The notes under the pieces are model-generated. The model was not told the origin of the DNA. It was given only the letters and a program-made list of their open reading frames with translations, and did not search any database. Positions 11,939-24,981 of a stretch of DNA of 64,000 nucleotides are shown one piece after another. The position numbers were made by a program, and so were the translations under genes. The stretch lies in NCBI GenBank assembly GCA_000182565.2, contig KQ257466.1; one strand, written 5' to 3'. The DNA comes from Spizellomyces punctatus DAOM BR117 (taxonomy: Eukaryota). Within the stretch, counting starts at the first letter, position 1. Each line of letters opens with the position of its first letter.

Positions 11939-13033
11939 TTTTCTTTTACCTCTTTGTTTCATTCTCTCTACACATTTTGATTCTGTCCTCTTGTTCTGTT
12001 GACTTGTGCGACGGTGTAATGGATGCTGATTGTGTTGCTCATGATTTGGGGTTCCATTTTTGGTTATTTATTGGAGGAGCGTTGAGTTGCGAGTTCCTTG
12101 CGCAGTGTGTCCCTTTTTTGAATTTGGGCAGATGGCAATAGATATTGAAGTTATTTCTCTGGCGCATTTTACTCACTATTGCAAAAACTGTTTCTCTATC
12201 TTCTGAAATCCCTACAGGCAAGCGGATCTTTTCAAGACGGTTATGCAGGAGGATTGCAAACTGGCAATGTTGGATGATATGAATATCAAGCTTAATAAAT
12301 GTTGTGGGGATCGTTATGAGGGTATCAGATCCCAAAGACCCTCCGATATCTGGCTCAAGAAGCAAATAATAATAAAAAAAGAACACTTTAGAAAACAAAA
12401 AACAAACCGTTTTTTTTTGCACTGGGCTTCAACTTTACTTTGTCACACACGGTTACGCGCTGCAATCATGTCAGATTGGTTCCTCCCCAGCACCACGAGC
12501 TGGTTGCGTCAACCAATACTCCGCCTAGTAGGAACAATGACTTTGTAACATCCCACATTTGCAACGTCCTTTCTATTTTACTATTACCTTTTTTTTGTCA
12601 AGAACCCTACTCTTTGTTGGCTACTACAAGCTACCTTTTGCAGCGAGGCGGGTTATACTTGTCCTCGGTGCAAACAATTAGAGTTCGCATGACGCTTTTC
12701 CTTTTGTCTTGTCGTTGAGGTGCTGAGCAAAAAGTGAGTTTTTGTGTTCTGCAGTAATTGTGGTGTGTTAGGATTGTCCGTTGGGTGGATATTTTAGGTC
12801 GTTTGTGGGTTTGGAATTGGGACTCGTGGGAACATGCAATTGTGGATTTTGGCTATTGACGTGCTGGGTAATGCAGGGCGAGAAATGGGAAAATGCATGG
12901 TCGTCAACAGACTTGAAAAGAGTGTGGGAGGAATCTGTGTGTCTTTATTCGGCATATGGTTTCCAACTTGCTCAGCTGTCTTTTGGATACTAGGCACCTA
13001 CGAATAGATCTCTCCTCTAGATCCGTCTCCACA

Positions 13034-16000
13034 ATGTCGTCCGTAAAGGTACTGAAAGGAGCCCAGCGCTATGCCCACAAAAGAGTTGTACTTTTTACAT
13101 GATCGACACTTAAGCCCCATTCTTTTGTCTACAAGGTGGTCGTCCGCGTTCGCCCGTTCAATTCCCGTGAACTCGCCAGAAGCTCAAGATGTATCGTTTC
13201 AATGACCGGTCCGACGGTTACCCTCAGCCGTCCCGCAATGATCACATCCTGTCCCGACCTCCGACCCGGATCCGGTAGTACGGAAGAAACTTCCAAGACA
13301 TTTACCTATGATGATTGTTATTGGTCATTTGATGATCGTGATGGGCATTTTGCATCCCAGGAGACAGTCTATGAGGGAATTGGAAAAGAGTTGTTGGATC
13401 ATGCTTTTGAGGGATACAATACTTGTATATTTGCGTAAGTTGGATCTTGTGCTGCATTTGTAATTTTCAATCAGGTTTGTTAAAGGGTACATTTAGGTAC
13501 GGTCAAACCGGATCGGGAAAATCGTACTCCATGATGGGCTACAAGGAACAAACCGGCATCATCCCACGCGCATGTAACGAACTCTTTGCCCGCATCAAGG
13601 AAAACACTGATCCCAACCTCTCGTATGGAGTCGAAGTTAGTTATATGGAGATTTATAATGAGCGGGTTCGGGATCTGTTGATGCCCGGGAATAAGGGCAA
13701 GCTGAGAGTACGGGAGCATCCTTCCTTGGGCCCCTATGTGGAAGACTTGAGCAAATTGGTGGTTTCGACATTTGAGGATATCGTGATCTTGATGGATGAG
13801 GGAAATAAGGTTGGTTTGTACAGCTGGCCGTATCTGCTTGATCAGCAGTACCCACAGACCTTGGTTTTCCTCTTTTCTCTCTCCATGTAGGCCCGCACGG
13901 TCGCTTCAACAAATATGAACGCCACGTCAAGTAGAAGTCATGCGGTCTTTACCATCGTTCTCACTCAAAGCCTCCGGGAACCAATATCGGGAATAACATC
14001 GGAAAAGATTTCGCGAATATGCCTCATTGACCTCGCGGGTAGCGAACGCGCGGATGCAACGGGAGCAACGGGCCTGCGCTTGAAAGAGGGGGCAAATATC
14101 AACAAGTCGTTAACAACACTCGGCAAGGTTATATCTGCACTTGCTGATGCATCGTCTGCTGGTATGGGAAGGAGACAGTCAGAGTCATTTGAACTTCCTC
14201 CGATTCCGTCCAAGCGGTCAAGTCATCCAGTTAAAGGGAAAAATGGAGGAACATCAACACTCCCAGCTTACATACCATACCGAGATTCGGTGAGATTTCG
14301 CAACTAAACATTTCATCCTCGGCAAGCGTCCTCATTCATTTGCACAGGTACTGACATGGTTGCTCAAAGACTGTCTTGGCGGTAACTCCAAAACTGTCAT
14401 GATCGCCGCCATCTCTCCTGCGGATGTGAACTATGAGGAAACACTTTCAACCCTCCGATACGCCGAGCGCGCGAAACGCATTGTAAACAAGGCTGTAGTA
14501 AATGAAGATCCCAACGGACGAGTCATGCGGGAACTGCAGGAAGAGGTTGCCGTTCTCAGAGCAAAGTTAGCAGTGTATGAACCGTCGGAAAGTGGGGGCG
14601 GACAGTCGGGCCCAGATACACGACGAGAGGAGACAAGCGGAAATCTGAAAGTAGAACCGGCAGACATGGCTGCATTGCGAGATGAATTGAAGGCTAGTGA
14701 AAAGCTCATGGCAGATATCACCCTCAGTTTCGAGGAGAAATTGGTACGTCTTTTCTAATGGCCGAAGCGGCGACATCGCGTGGCATTGACGATACATTTC
14801 ACAGCGCAAAACCCAAGAGATCCAGCAGCTTCGGGAGAAAAATCTCGCCGAGCTCGGCATATCTCTAAATACAGACAAACCCGTCATTGGCGTCCAAGTT
14901 CCCAAGAATCAGCCACATCTTGTCAACCTCAACGAGGACCCCCTCATGTCTGAATGTCTCTTGTACCAACTTCCGCCGGGCGTTCATGTCGTTGGGGACG
15001 CGACAAGTGCCGATATACGATTGAGCGGTGAGAATATCTTGGACGAACATTGCACGTTCGTGACAGATGATAGTGGTATTGTGCGCGTTGAGCCGCGCAA
15101 TGGAGCTTTGGTGTATGTCAACGGGGAACTTATTTCTGGACCAAAGGTTTGGTTTGATACGTTAGATCTGACATGTGCACATCATTTCTTACGTCATATC
15201 TGTACACAGCGTCTGCGATCTGGCTACCGAGTTATCCTGGGAAGTCATCACGTATTTCGATTTAACCACCCCGAAGAAGTCAGACGAGAACGCCAAAACA
15301 AAAAGCTGCGGACATTACCTCCTCTCGTCATCACTGGCGAATTCCCGTCCGGAAGATGGAGCGATCAAAGTTTATTCTCTCCACCATCTTCCTCTAGTGT
15401 ATCTGAAAAGTCGGTCGTGTCTGGATTAGTAGATTGGAACTTTGCCCTGCGGGAACGTGATCTCGCATCACATGGACATGACACTGCGGATCCCAAGAGC
15501 CCTAGGAAAATTTTGACGGATGAGGCTTATGATACGTTTTCCGAGCACAGTAGCATGATGTCGCTGGGCCAGCAGCCTGTGACATTTATGAGCGAACCAT
15601 TGGATTACCTCGGCGCCCCCAAGAGAATGGAAGAATTCTACCCGAGACGCTCCTTGGACGAGAGTACCCGGTTTTCGGTCGGGGATCAGCAACCGTATAA
15701 ACGCCCAATGTCAATCAGAGGAGGTCGGCGATCCAGTTTTTCGGCTGGTGATGCGTCGGAGGCTGATCGTACCGAGCGCCTCCTTGAGGCCCAGCGAATG
15801 ACGTATGAAGCGAGATTACGGCGTATGGCGAAAATTATTGGAAAAGGCGGATCAGGAGCCATCACAGAACGGCAAAGGCAGTTAGCGCGTGATGCTCTGA
15901 CAATCTGGCGGCGCCGAGGTTATGTTCGTCTAGCAGAACAGCTTGCGGACGCACAATCGTGCCTAAAAGAAGTCAATGTTATTGCCCGCGAATTGGAAAA

Positions 16001-18802
16001 GGATGTGTTGTACCAATTTGTCTTGGTCGAGGGAGACGATTTGGGATCATTGTCATTTTGGGAGACCCCGATGGACACTGCCAAGAGTCCATTACCATCT
16101 GACATTGTGTCTAACAAGGACGCAACAATCTCTCACTCCTCTGCGCCTTGTCTCGCAATCAAAATTCTGGATGCCCGTCATAATTCCATATATTATTGGT
16201 CCTATCCGTCCCTCGTCAAACGGTTGGAAGCCATGCGTCTCGCCTACAACTACTCGGATCAGTCCAGCGCATATATCTCTCAACACCTGAACCAAGAAGA
16301 AGATATATTCTATGAAACAGTTCGCAGACCATGGTTCGATCTCATTGGGAATGCCTGGGTGTGCATGCGGAATCTCATGTGGGGTGTCACCAAATCTGTT
16401 CGATGTGACGTTGTAGATGAGGACGGTGTCACACGAGGATGGGTACAATTGGTTGTCACTTTTATCGGGAGTGAGAGGAACGAGTTGAATCAGTTTTCTG
16501 GGCCACGGGACGAGGATGCGGATCCGGATGTCAGGTTAGCGGAGGGCGATGGAGTCATGGATCCAAGTTCGTCCATGGTGTTTCATGAAGGTGGTGATTT
16601 GGTCTTTGAGGTGTCTATATTGGAGCTGGGGGGAATTTCAGAACAAGACTACTCTGAACTCCACGTCCAGTTTCGATCCAGTGCTTTTGGAGTCTGTCAA
16701 CGGGATTCAGCACCTCTACTAGGCAGTACTGGTGATAGAATTTACGCTACAGATCCTGCGACCGATTTTGGGCAAGGACCCGTGCAATTCGATTTTAGTC
16801 AGACGGTACGGTTGACTGTGACTGCCACCGTCCGAGACGTAATTGCGAATGGTCTGGTACGATTTGAGATATTTGGACGTAGGCAGAGACATGTCCTGTC
16901 CATGATCGAACACGAGTTTGCAGAGGTGTCGAGAGTGCCTCCTTTGCCTGACCATCCTGACCTTCCCTCTACGCCAGTCAGGGAAACAGCACCACCGTCT
17001 CAAAGCCCAACCTCACCACTCTCTCCCTCCCGTCCTTCATTACAATCCAATACAGCCCAACGCCACGATATACTAGCCCAAATCCAAATCCTCGAATTCT
17101 CCCGCACCGCAGCCAATTTCAAACCCTGCCCTGTCGAATCAGCCTCCAATACCGACACTGGTACCTTTCTTCTCCGGCAAGGCCTCCAACGCCGTTTCGT
17201 GTTGGGTCTTTCCCATAATAGCGGAAAGGAATTTCCTTGGGAAAGAGTGAGTATGGTAAAGCTGGGCCGGGTTCGACTGATTCGTAAGGATGGTACCGTC
17301 GTCGCACCAGAGGGTGACGATGTTGCTCTCGAGGACGATATGATTCCTTTACGTATTCCTCGTAAACAAAATCTAACGTTCCAACGAGACGGGAGGAGTA
17401 CGCTCTACCTCGAATGTAGTTGGGATAGTAGTCTCCACGAAAGTCCCTGGTTGAATATAATTACCGGACGCGATGAGAAGGTTGTCGTGAGAGTTGAATG
17501 GACGGTTGAGATGGGTCAAGTGGAGAGTGGTGTTGGACCGATGGGTTTCAGACAGGCTGAGCCTTTACGGTTCTGGATGGATGTGCAGGTTCAAATATTT
17601 GATCGGGTATGTGTTTTGTGATCTTTGCTAGTTTGTGTCATATCGACGTCTTTTCGTTGACTTTTTAATTGTGCTTGGCGAACTTTAGGATCAGAAATTC
17701 CGCTCCCCACCGAAATACCAAATAGCACATCTTCTTTCAAAACCCTCTCTCAGCAATCTAAGGGATACGCTAAGCGGACGACCATCCATACGCTACCTAG
17801 AATCCAGCTCAAACGTGTTTACAGTAACCATGCGCCCGGCCGCCTCCAGCAGTCCACAGCGTGCCCGAAAGGTCGCCAAAAGCAGTTACGTACGAGGCGA
17901 AGAATGTCTAGGTGGATGGAAACCACGTGGGGTCGACATGATTGTGGATTGGTGGAGAGCCAGGCGAAAGATTCAACGCAGGATGGAGGTTGAGAGATTT
18001 CGACAGGGTGTGTGGGATGAGGTTAGGGATACGTTACCGAGGCGGGATGGAGAAGAGACCAATAGGGTGGTTGCTGGTGGTAGGGCGTTAGAGATTTGGA
18101 GGCGAAGGGATGTGAGGGATTTGGAATTGGTGAGTTTGTGGAAAATGAGGCTTTACCCGGTGATGGTTGTTGACTTATCTCTTCTGTGGTTACTTAGGAT
18201 CGTCTGCTTTTGGGTGACACTATCCAGAATCCTTCCATATGCACCCGACGTCCACCGCACTCGAACCTTCCCTGGATAACTGAAATCGCCACTGCGCAAT
18301 GGTAAAACACTCTCAGCCTTTCATTTTATTGTTGTCCGTTTTCTCAACTCCCACTCGTGTACCTTAGCGGCCCCGTTGTCAAACGTGGGTACATGCGTTT
18401 ACCAGAAAACGGCGTCCAGACCTGGCTTAAGCGGTGGTTCGTTATCCGTCGGCCCTACATGTTCATCTACTCGACCAGCGCCGAAAATGAATTGCTGTCA
18501 GTTATTGGACTGGAGGGTGTCGAGTTACGGTATTCCAAAGATTTGTGGAGTGTTTTACAGGTATGGCAAATATGTTTCTTGTCCCCAATCGAGCCCAGTT
18601 TGGTTTTAACAAGGCCGTTTTGCAATAATAGAAACCCAACGTCTTTGCCATGCACTGTCCATACCACTCCATACTCCTTCAACCCTCCAGTGAAGAAAGT
18701 ATGAGAGCCTGGATCGATGCCATTGACCCTCTACACGTCGCTGTAGCCATGAGCCGGAAGGGACGGATTGAGATTGACGGGGATGGGGAAGAAGCCGTGT
18801 GA
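13034..18802 (+). CDS. Kinesin-3 family motor (Unc104/KIF1-like) with FHA and C-terminal PH domains; about 11 exons
   Basis: [26 protein letters not shown] (P-loop, split by an intron), [46 protein letters not shown] followed by an FHA region, [10 protein letters not shown], and PH-like KRGYM...[16 protein letters not shown]...WIDAIDP. Stop at 18800-18802. Confidence 0.95.
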
Positions 18803-18985
18803 GAGGGATTCACGAACCTTTACCAGCCTGCCTGCCGAAAACGAATCTTGCGTGTCATGAGAGCGCTGTTGCTTTTACCAAGTTTTTTTTTTTTCTGTCG
18901 CTGCTTGCTTTTAATTTTTCTTTGATGTGCCTTGGAGTTTTCTTTTTTTTTAGCAGTTATTGGGGTGCACTGTAGCTTTATCTTG

Positions 18986-19391
18986 CTTATTCTATCGCAT
19001 TTTTGTTTATTATTGGCTTTTTTTATTAGGAGGAGCGCCTTCTTCTCTCGATTCTATAAATCGCTTGTGAAAATAGTAATTTTCTATGTAAAAATATAGA
19101 TCTCGTAGCTCTCATCTACTTGCTTTCGTATGAGAATATTTTGTGTTTTCTTGTAAATGGCTGATCTGATATTTGGATGATATGACGTGGATTGGAATAG
19201 TGTTTCTTATTCTACCGCATTTGTTTATTGTTGGCATGTTCAAGTGCCCCTTCTTCTCTCTATTCTATAAATCGCTTTTGATATTTGTAATTCTCTATGT
19301 AAAAATATAGATCTCGTAGCTCGCTTACGTATGTGAGTGTTTCTTTTTTCTTTTTGAATGTCGGATCTGATATTTGGATGATATGACGTGG
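18986..19391. repeat. Diverged tandem duplication of about 200 bp (copies 18986-19190 and 19206-19391)
   Basis: Both copies share the blocks CTTATTCTA.CGCATTT, TTCTATAAATCGCTT, CTATGTAAAAATATAGATCTCGTAGCTC and GATCTGATATTTGGATGATATGACGTGG. Confidence 0.9.
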
Positions 19392-19580
19392 GTTGTGGAA
19401 GGTGATGCAGTATGAGCATCAAAGTTCATTTGTGGATTGTTGCGTTCACAGTGAGTAGGGACATGTCATTGCCTTGAATCTCGACCCGGTTGTTTGGATA
19501 TTCCATGTAGTCTGCGACTTTCCTGCTCATTATTCCGCTTCGTCACCTCATCATCGCTGCGTGCCCGTTAAACCGCTGTA

Positions 19581-19856
19581 ATGCACAGTTCAAGGATCGA
19601 TTATAAAACCTTACTTCGTACCCGCCTCGCCGAGAAACTTCCGAAATATCATCTCGAATACTCCCACGACGTAGACAAAAGCGATTACTTCAACCCCCAG
19701 TGGGAGTCGACATTGGAAATCGTATGCGAATGCGGACGAGTAGTGAAGAGGCTGCGGAGTGACCGGATGAGAAAGAAAAAAGAAGCAGATCATGACGTAG
19801 CGAGGGCGGCTATCGAGAATTGGGTTTTCATTGAGATGTTGGATCACCAGTGTTAG
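19581..19856 (+). CDS. Small protein with a double-stranded RNA-binding motif (dsRBD)-like pattern
   Basis: 91-aa intronless ORF: DYKTLL (helix 1), LEY, PQWESTLEI, and RKKKEADHDVARAAI, which matches the KKxAExxAAxxAL helix-2 consensus. Confidence 0.6.
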   Translation: MHSSRIDYKTLLRTRLAEKLPKYHLEYSHDVDKSDYFNPQWESTLEIVCECGRVVKRLRSDRMRKKKEADHDVARAAIENWVFIEMLDHQC

Positions 19857-20284
19857 ATCGCAAGTTGATCTGCAAAATGTATCCTACCAGAAGAGTTATC
19901 TTGCATGTGCGGGGGAAGGGAAAAGGCGAGGAATGTAGGAATTATCTGCGTTTGTTATTGTTATGCGAGTAAATATGCAGCAACTGTGATAATATTGTTG
20001 TGATGTCCAACGGTGGTTTGTTTATAACTGACTGTAAAATATGACATTAAGATGCGCAGCACAGCGCTGGCATTTGAATTGATGTTAAGAAAGTATAGAC
20101 TGCTATAGAAGGCCAAGTTAACCCTGCGCAGCATAAATATGAGCGCTGTATGCGGGAAAAAGCAAGCGAGGAAAAAGAAACCACGTAGCACCAACAGCAA
20201 ACTAATATTCTTTGATTTCGAAACTGTGCGTGAACATTCTACATACATTTACACTCTCCTAAAACCTCCCAACTTGCACACTCC

Positions 20285-21401
20285 TTACGAAGCGGATAGA
20301 ACAAACTCCCTAAAGTAGGAACGCTGGGTCGTAGGAGTTGCCCAACTATTATCATTTCCACCAAAGAACGTTTCAAAATCAATTCCCTCAAATCCAATCT
20401 TTGGATCAGGAGTAAATACCGCCTTGGTGAATTCAATAACTTTCTTTCCGTTAGCGTAGACAGTCACTTTACCGTCCTTATTGGGTTTACCGTTCGTAAA
20501 ACTGTTTAGTACAACTGTTTGGGAAACTGCTGTCCAGGATCCGGGGGTGAAGTGGTATGCGCCTCGGCCCATGGAGGCACCATATGTCGGGTTGCAAATA
20601 GTAACTGGCTTGACTTTGCAAAAGGAAGGGTCTTGGAGGTTACGGTCAACGTAAAGGTATATCTCGCCGAGTCCATTTTGGCGGAACATGAAGCGGGTGG
20701 AGAAGCAGTCAAGGGCTTTGTTACCCCCGCTGCAGCTGGGGTGTCCTCCTATTGAGATGACAAGATGTTAGAATGCAAGATACAGGGAGATGGGATTTTG
20801 CTGTTTATGGCAGTCTTACCGTAAAGACCCGGGAGTTTTCCGCCTTTGACAAAGTTAAAGCCTTTTGGGAATAACACTTGGTACGAAAGGCTAACGGACT
20901 TGGCGGTGGACAAGTCAATGGGTTTGGCATAGAATCCTGTTCCTCCTACAATTTTTCCTCCGGGATTACGGCTCCCTGTACAGCGGAAGCATTAGGTTAT
21001 GAGCTCAAATGAAAACCTTGGAGAGTCTGAACCGGATGCTGACCAGCAGGATATGTCACCTCCAAGACAAGATCTTTAGATCCACCCGTCGGATCCACAA
21101 CAGCGTCTCGATTCTGTTTTCCATAAGACTCTTTGATAATATTCCAGCTGTTGGCCCAGTTACCACCAAAATCTGGAGAAAACCAGGACTTTACGCCGCG
21201 TTTGCATGGTCCTGACTCGTCTGTAGTGCCATCAGCCGACACAATATCGAGAATACTATCGGGTAAGGGAATGCCTTGCATTTCTGAATCCAGGTTGTTG
21301 TCTGTGGGTTCGTTGTTCACATCTGCGCTTTCGGGTGCTGCGCCATAAAGTGTTGGAAGGGCGCTGAGGAAAGCCAGGAGAACCAGAAATGTTGTCATCA
21401 T
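20285..21401 (-). CDS. Secreted polysaccharide lyase family 14 (PL14), spliced
   Basis: Signal peptide MMTTFLVLLAFLSALPTLYG, VLEVTYPAG, GGTGFYA, FNFVKGGKLPGLYG, FSTRFMFRQNGLGEIYLY, GASMGRG and FETFFGGND..WATP are PL14 hallmarks. Confidence 0.9.
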
Positions 21402-21784
21402 GGGCGTGTAGATCATCATATGGATATGCATTGGACTTCCGATATCAAGTTTTGAGTCTTTGGAAATCGCTTTAGAGAAACTCGACGATGACTTTTTCTT
21501 GTTCTCATAGTTTAGTGTCTGTACTTTTTGCTCGGAGAATATTCTGAGGATATCATGAGGATGATCGGATAGCATATCCCAAATGATTTCTTGTGACTTA
21601 TTGTTTGGATGGTCTTTTGTCCCTTACCCTATCTAAATATAGTAGCATTTGAACATACATGCCCCACTTTTACAAATGGCAGTGTTGTAAGCAGCGTACG
21701 AGTCAAGGACCACTTTTGCAGTTAACAGCGACTTGAGGCCTTGTTCATCGTATCCTCGGACCACTGGTAGAACAGACGTCAAAG

Positions 21785-22492
21785 ATGGCCAAATCGCTCG
21801 GGGAACGTCTTACCACTCTGAAAACAATATCCGTCAACAAATTCAACTCCCTTCGCCCTCCTCCAACTGTGGGCTCCTTTGACCGGCACTTTCACATTGA
21901 CAAGCAGGCTCGATTTGCTACGCGGTTCTTTGAAGTCCTCGTTGGGATTGCTAGCTGGTACTTTATTGGAAAGTTGAAAGATCCCCTCATTGGGGATCAC
22001 GATTTATGGCCGACGGTCAGATATACCTGGTTTTGTGCGGTGTTTAGTCCAATTGTCAGCGTGGCCTTAGTCGGACAGTGAGTATCTTTGAGTTGGACTT
22101 GTTTGTTCAAACATAGAATCTTAATCTATTATGCCTTTAGACACTTTATCTCCTGTCTCTCCAAGGCTTGGTCAAGCATCAAGGTCCTCATCCTCGAAAT
22201 CATTGTCGACGTCTTCATCACCTTTGCGTGGCTCGTCTGCCTTATTACCCTGGGAAGCAAAATGTCGGGAGATTGCCCTCCTAACTCAAGTGACGAGTGC
22301 AACATGTTTAACTGGGTCCTTGCTTGGGGTAGTTTCAGCGTGCTGTTCTGGTTCGCATCTGTCGTATGGGACGTGAAGAGCTTGTTGAAGGGAGTATGGG
22401 GATGGGGTGGCGAACGGTTGAATGATACGGAGATGGATGCAGAAATTAGGAGAATGAGTCGGAATGCCGGAAGTGGGCGAAGGTGGCGGTAG
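21785..22492 (+). CDS. MARVEL-like four-TM membrane protein; intron 22078-22140
   Basis: Four hydrophobic helices, the R-F-F-E-V motif in TM1, D-V-F-I-T-F-A-W in TM3 and a C-x6-C loop before TM4. The phase-2 GT-AG intron joins the two ORFs. Confidence 0.75.
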
Positions 22493-24087
22493 AATGGGTA
22501 GCTGGGAAACAGTAGCAGGATCGTGGCATTCCGGGTTAAGCAGGCAGTAATAAAGGGAAGAATGTTTAAAAGTACTTGACATGTCTTTTTTCTTGTTCTT
22601 CTTGTCATTATAGAATGGACGATCAAAATGTTTTCAGTTTGGCAGATCCAGCGTAGTCGTCTGGGCGTGTGCCTCTGTAGCAGAGTGCCTGTGTATGGTA
22701 CCAATGGGTGTAGCAAGTAATACTGGGGAGATTGAAAGGATAGCTGTGAAAAATAACCATTCCAACTTGGATATGTATGACATAGGCGAATTTTGAACGA
22801 CCATTAATGAACACGGGCTGTCTTTAAGCTTTTCAAAAAACATGCTGAAGGCATATGTATATTCACGAATGAAATACCGGTAATTCTTTGAAGCAGTCTT
22901 AGTTACAGTCGAGAGTCTGAAGGATCGCAAGCAGCAGTCCTTGCCTCACAGTACAGCAGGCGAATCGGCACAACACACGAACGTCCGCTATATCGGCATA
23001 GACATACTTACAAAATGGATGCCTATTTATGTGGGTATCATGTTGTCAAAGAAGGAGTCTGAACGTCAAGAAAAATCTAGGCCCGACAGGAATATATCCG
23101 CGATCACCTTCCCACATGTCTGTCATGCACTGAAATGGTTCATGATGGGCAGTAGAGCGCATGTTTTGCGTGACTTGCCTATATGCAGGAACCAAGCGCG
23201 GGAAAGACTTATAGTATGGTAGAGTCTATGCGGGCTAAATGCCGCTTGATATCAGGGGAAAGACACAAGCGGAAACTCAGCATAGCATCGTGAATGTAAA
23301 AGACGCACCTAATGGCGGTTGTTCATCTCCTCTAAATACGTGATGAAACCCTACGATTGATTTGCATGTCCATTCATTGGAGGCAACCTAAAATCATTGC
23401 TAAAAATGTATAGAGTTCCGCCAGATGGAGCTATAGATTCTCGCAATGGATGGGTCACTGCCCATACGATATGATGCTGAGAAGACCATTTCCGATGCAC
23501 GTTGAATTACCCTGAGTCTGCAAAGTGAGCAAAGGGAAAGACGACAAAACTTTAATCAAGCTCCATTCGGGTTCCCATTTGCCATTAATGAGTTGAGAAA
23601 GAAACAGATGGGGGTGAATTAAGAAATCTAAAAGGCTTATCTTGATCATATCTTCTCGCATGCTTCACTAATAGCCGCGCCATTAATTAACGTCCGCCGA
23701 TTGATTTTGTGTTTTACTATTACTTGGCACTGGTTGAGCACAAGTGTCCAGTTGCCAGCTATCATAGTCATCTCCACTCTCCTCCGCCAGTAGAAATCAA
23801 CCACTGCCGTAGCTTATCTGGCTCCGTCGTTCCTATCGGGAGAGGAGCAGACTCAAGCAACCAGCTAGCATTGAATCGCGCTTCCTTTTACCAGTAGTTA
23901 TTCAGAACCATCGCAACCGTACCCTAGTTATTTATTATGCAGGGATTAGTCCAATATTAATTATAATTATATTTCATGTAACTTGATATATTACTACTTT
24001 ATAGATTATAGGCTAAACACTTGATTAATTACTCTTAAAAGATCAGGAAGTCCATCCAGCCATCAAGGACTGTAAGTTCCTCCGCGA

Positions 24088-24981
24088 ATGGAAATCCACG
24101 TCCAATGCAACCGTCCGGCTCCCAGTTCCCATCGGACGAGCTGCACAATCCCGCAGCACGCCGTCATTCACCCCAACTCCTTCAAGTTAACTTCTAGAGT
24201 CATTACAGGTATCTTGCCACTGAGAGGAAACTTGCAAGCAAGCATGGTCCGTCACCTAATAATACCAACCTCGTTCTAACGCCTTCGCAGACGTATATCC
24301 TTAATCAAACGGGACGACCTCAAAGAGAATAGCATTACGTCTGGAAGAATTTCGAGACTTTCATGTAGCATGATAACAGCTACGATAACAGATACCACTA
24401 ATAATGAGAGTAGATTCGATATCCGATACGACAAGATTGGCTTGGAAATGCTGCGACCGCACAGTACATCAATCCAATATTGCTTAAGATCCACAAACCA
24501 GAAGAATCTTCCATATCAAATTCCAGCTGCCCGCCTCATGCATTTGTCTTGTCTCCCAGTTCAATGTTACAGCGTGTGTTGAAGCTTATGTCTTCACCCT
24601 TTGGTCAGCGATCATCCCTACTGCAACATTCCCAATAGCCAATCGTTAATGTTAGAAAGATCGGTGCAAAGGGACATTTCCGCCGTCAATTTTGACCAGC
24701 CACAAGTGTGACGAATCTGGGGCTCTTACTAACCCGAGAGCATTGTCAAATCTGTTTCTCATGTGGCAGCTTGGCCGAACGATCTGGCCACCTCGAACAT
24801 ATTTGTCGAATCCAATGTCGCCTTAAAACAGCTCGCGCAGAAGGATGTCACATACCGGGCGCTAGTGTTTAATCCTCATTTGCTACTTGAATTCAACGAT
24901 ATGGTTCGTGTTTTACCCTTGGCTTTAGACTTTATATCGACTACGCCAGACTACGCACTTGCACAAGACAGACATCGATGA
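24088..24981 (+). pseudogene. Possible degenerate spliced gene relic, no recognisable family
   Basis: Short broken ORFs with intron-like signals (GTATCT...CTAAC...CGCAG around 24209-24290; CTAAC around 24729). I could not join them into one open frame. Confidence 0.2.
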
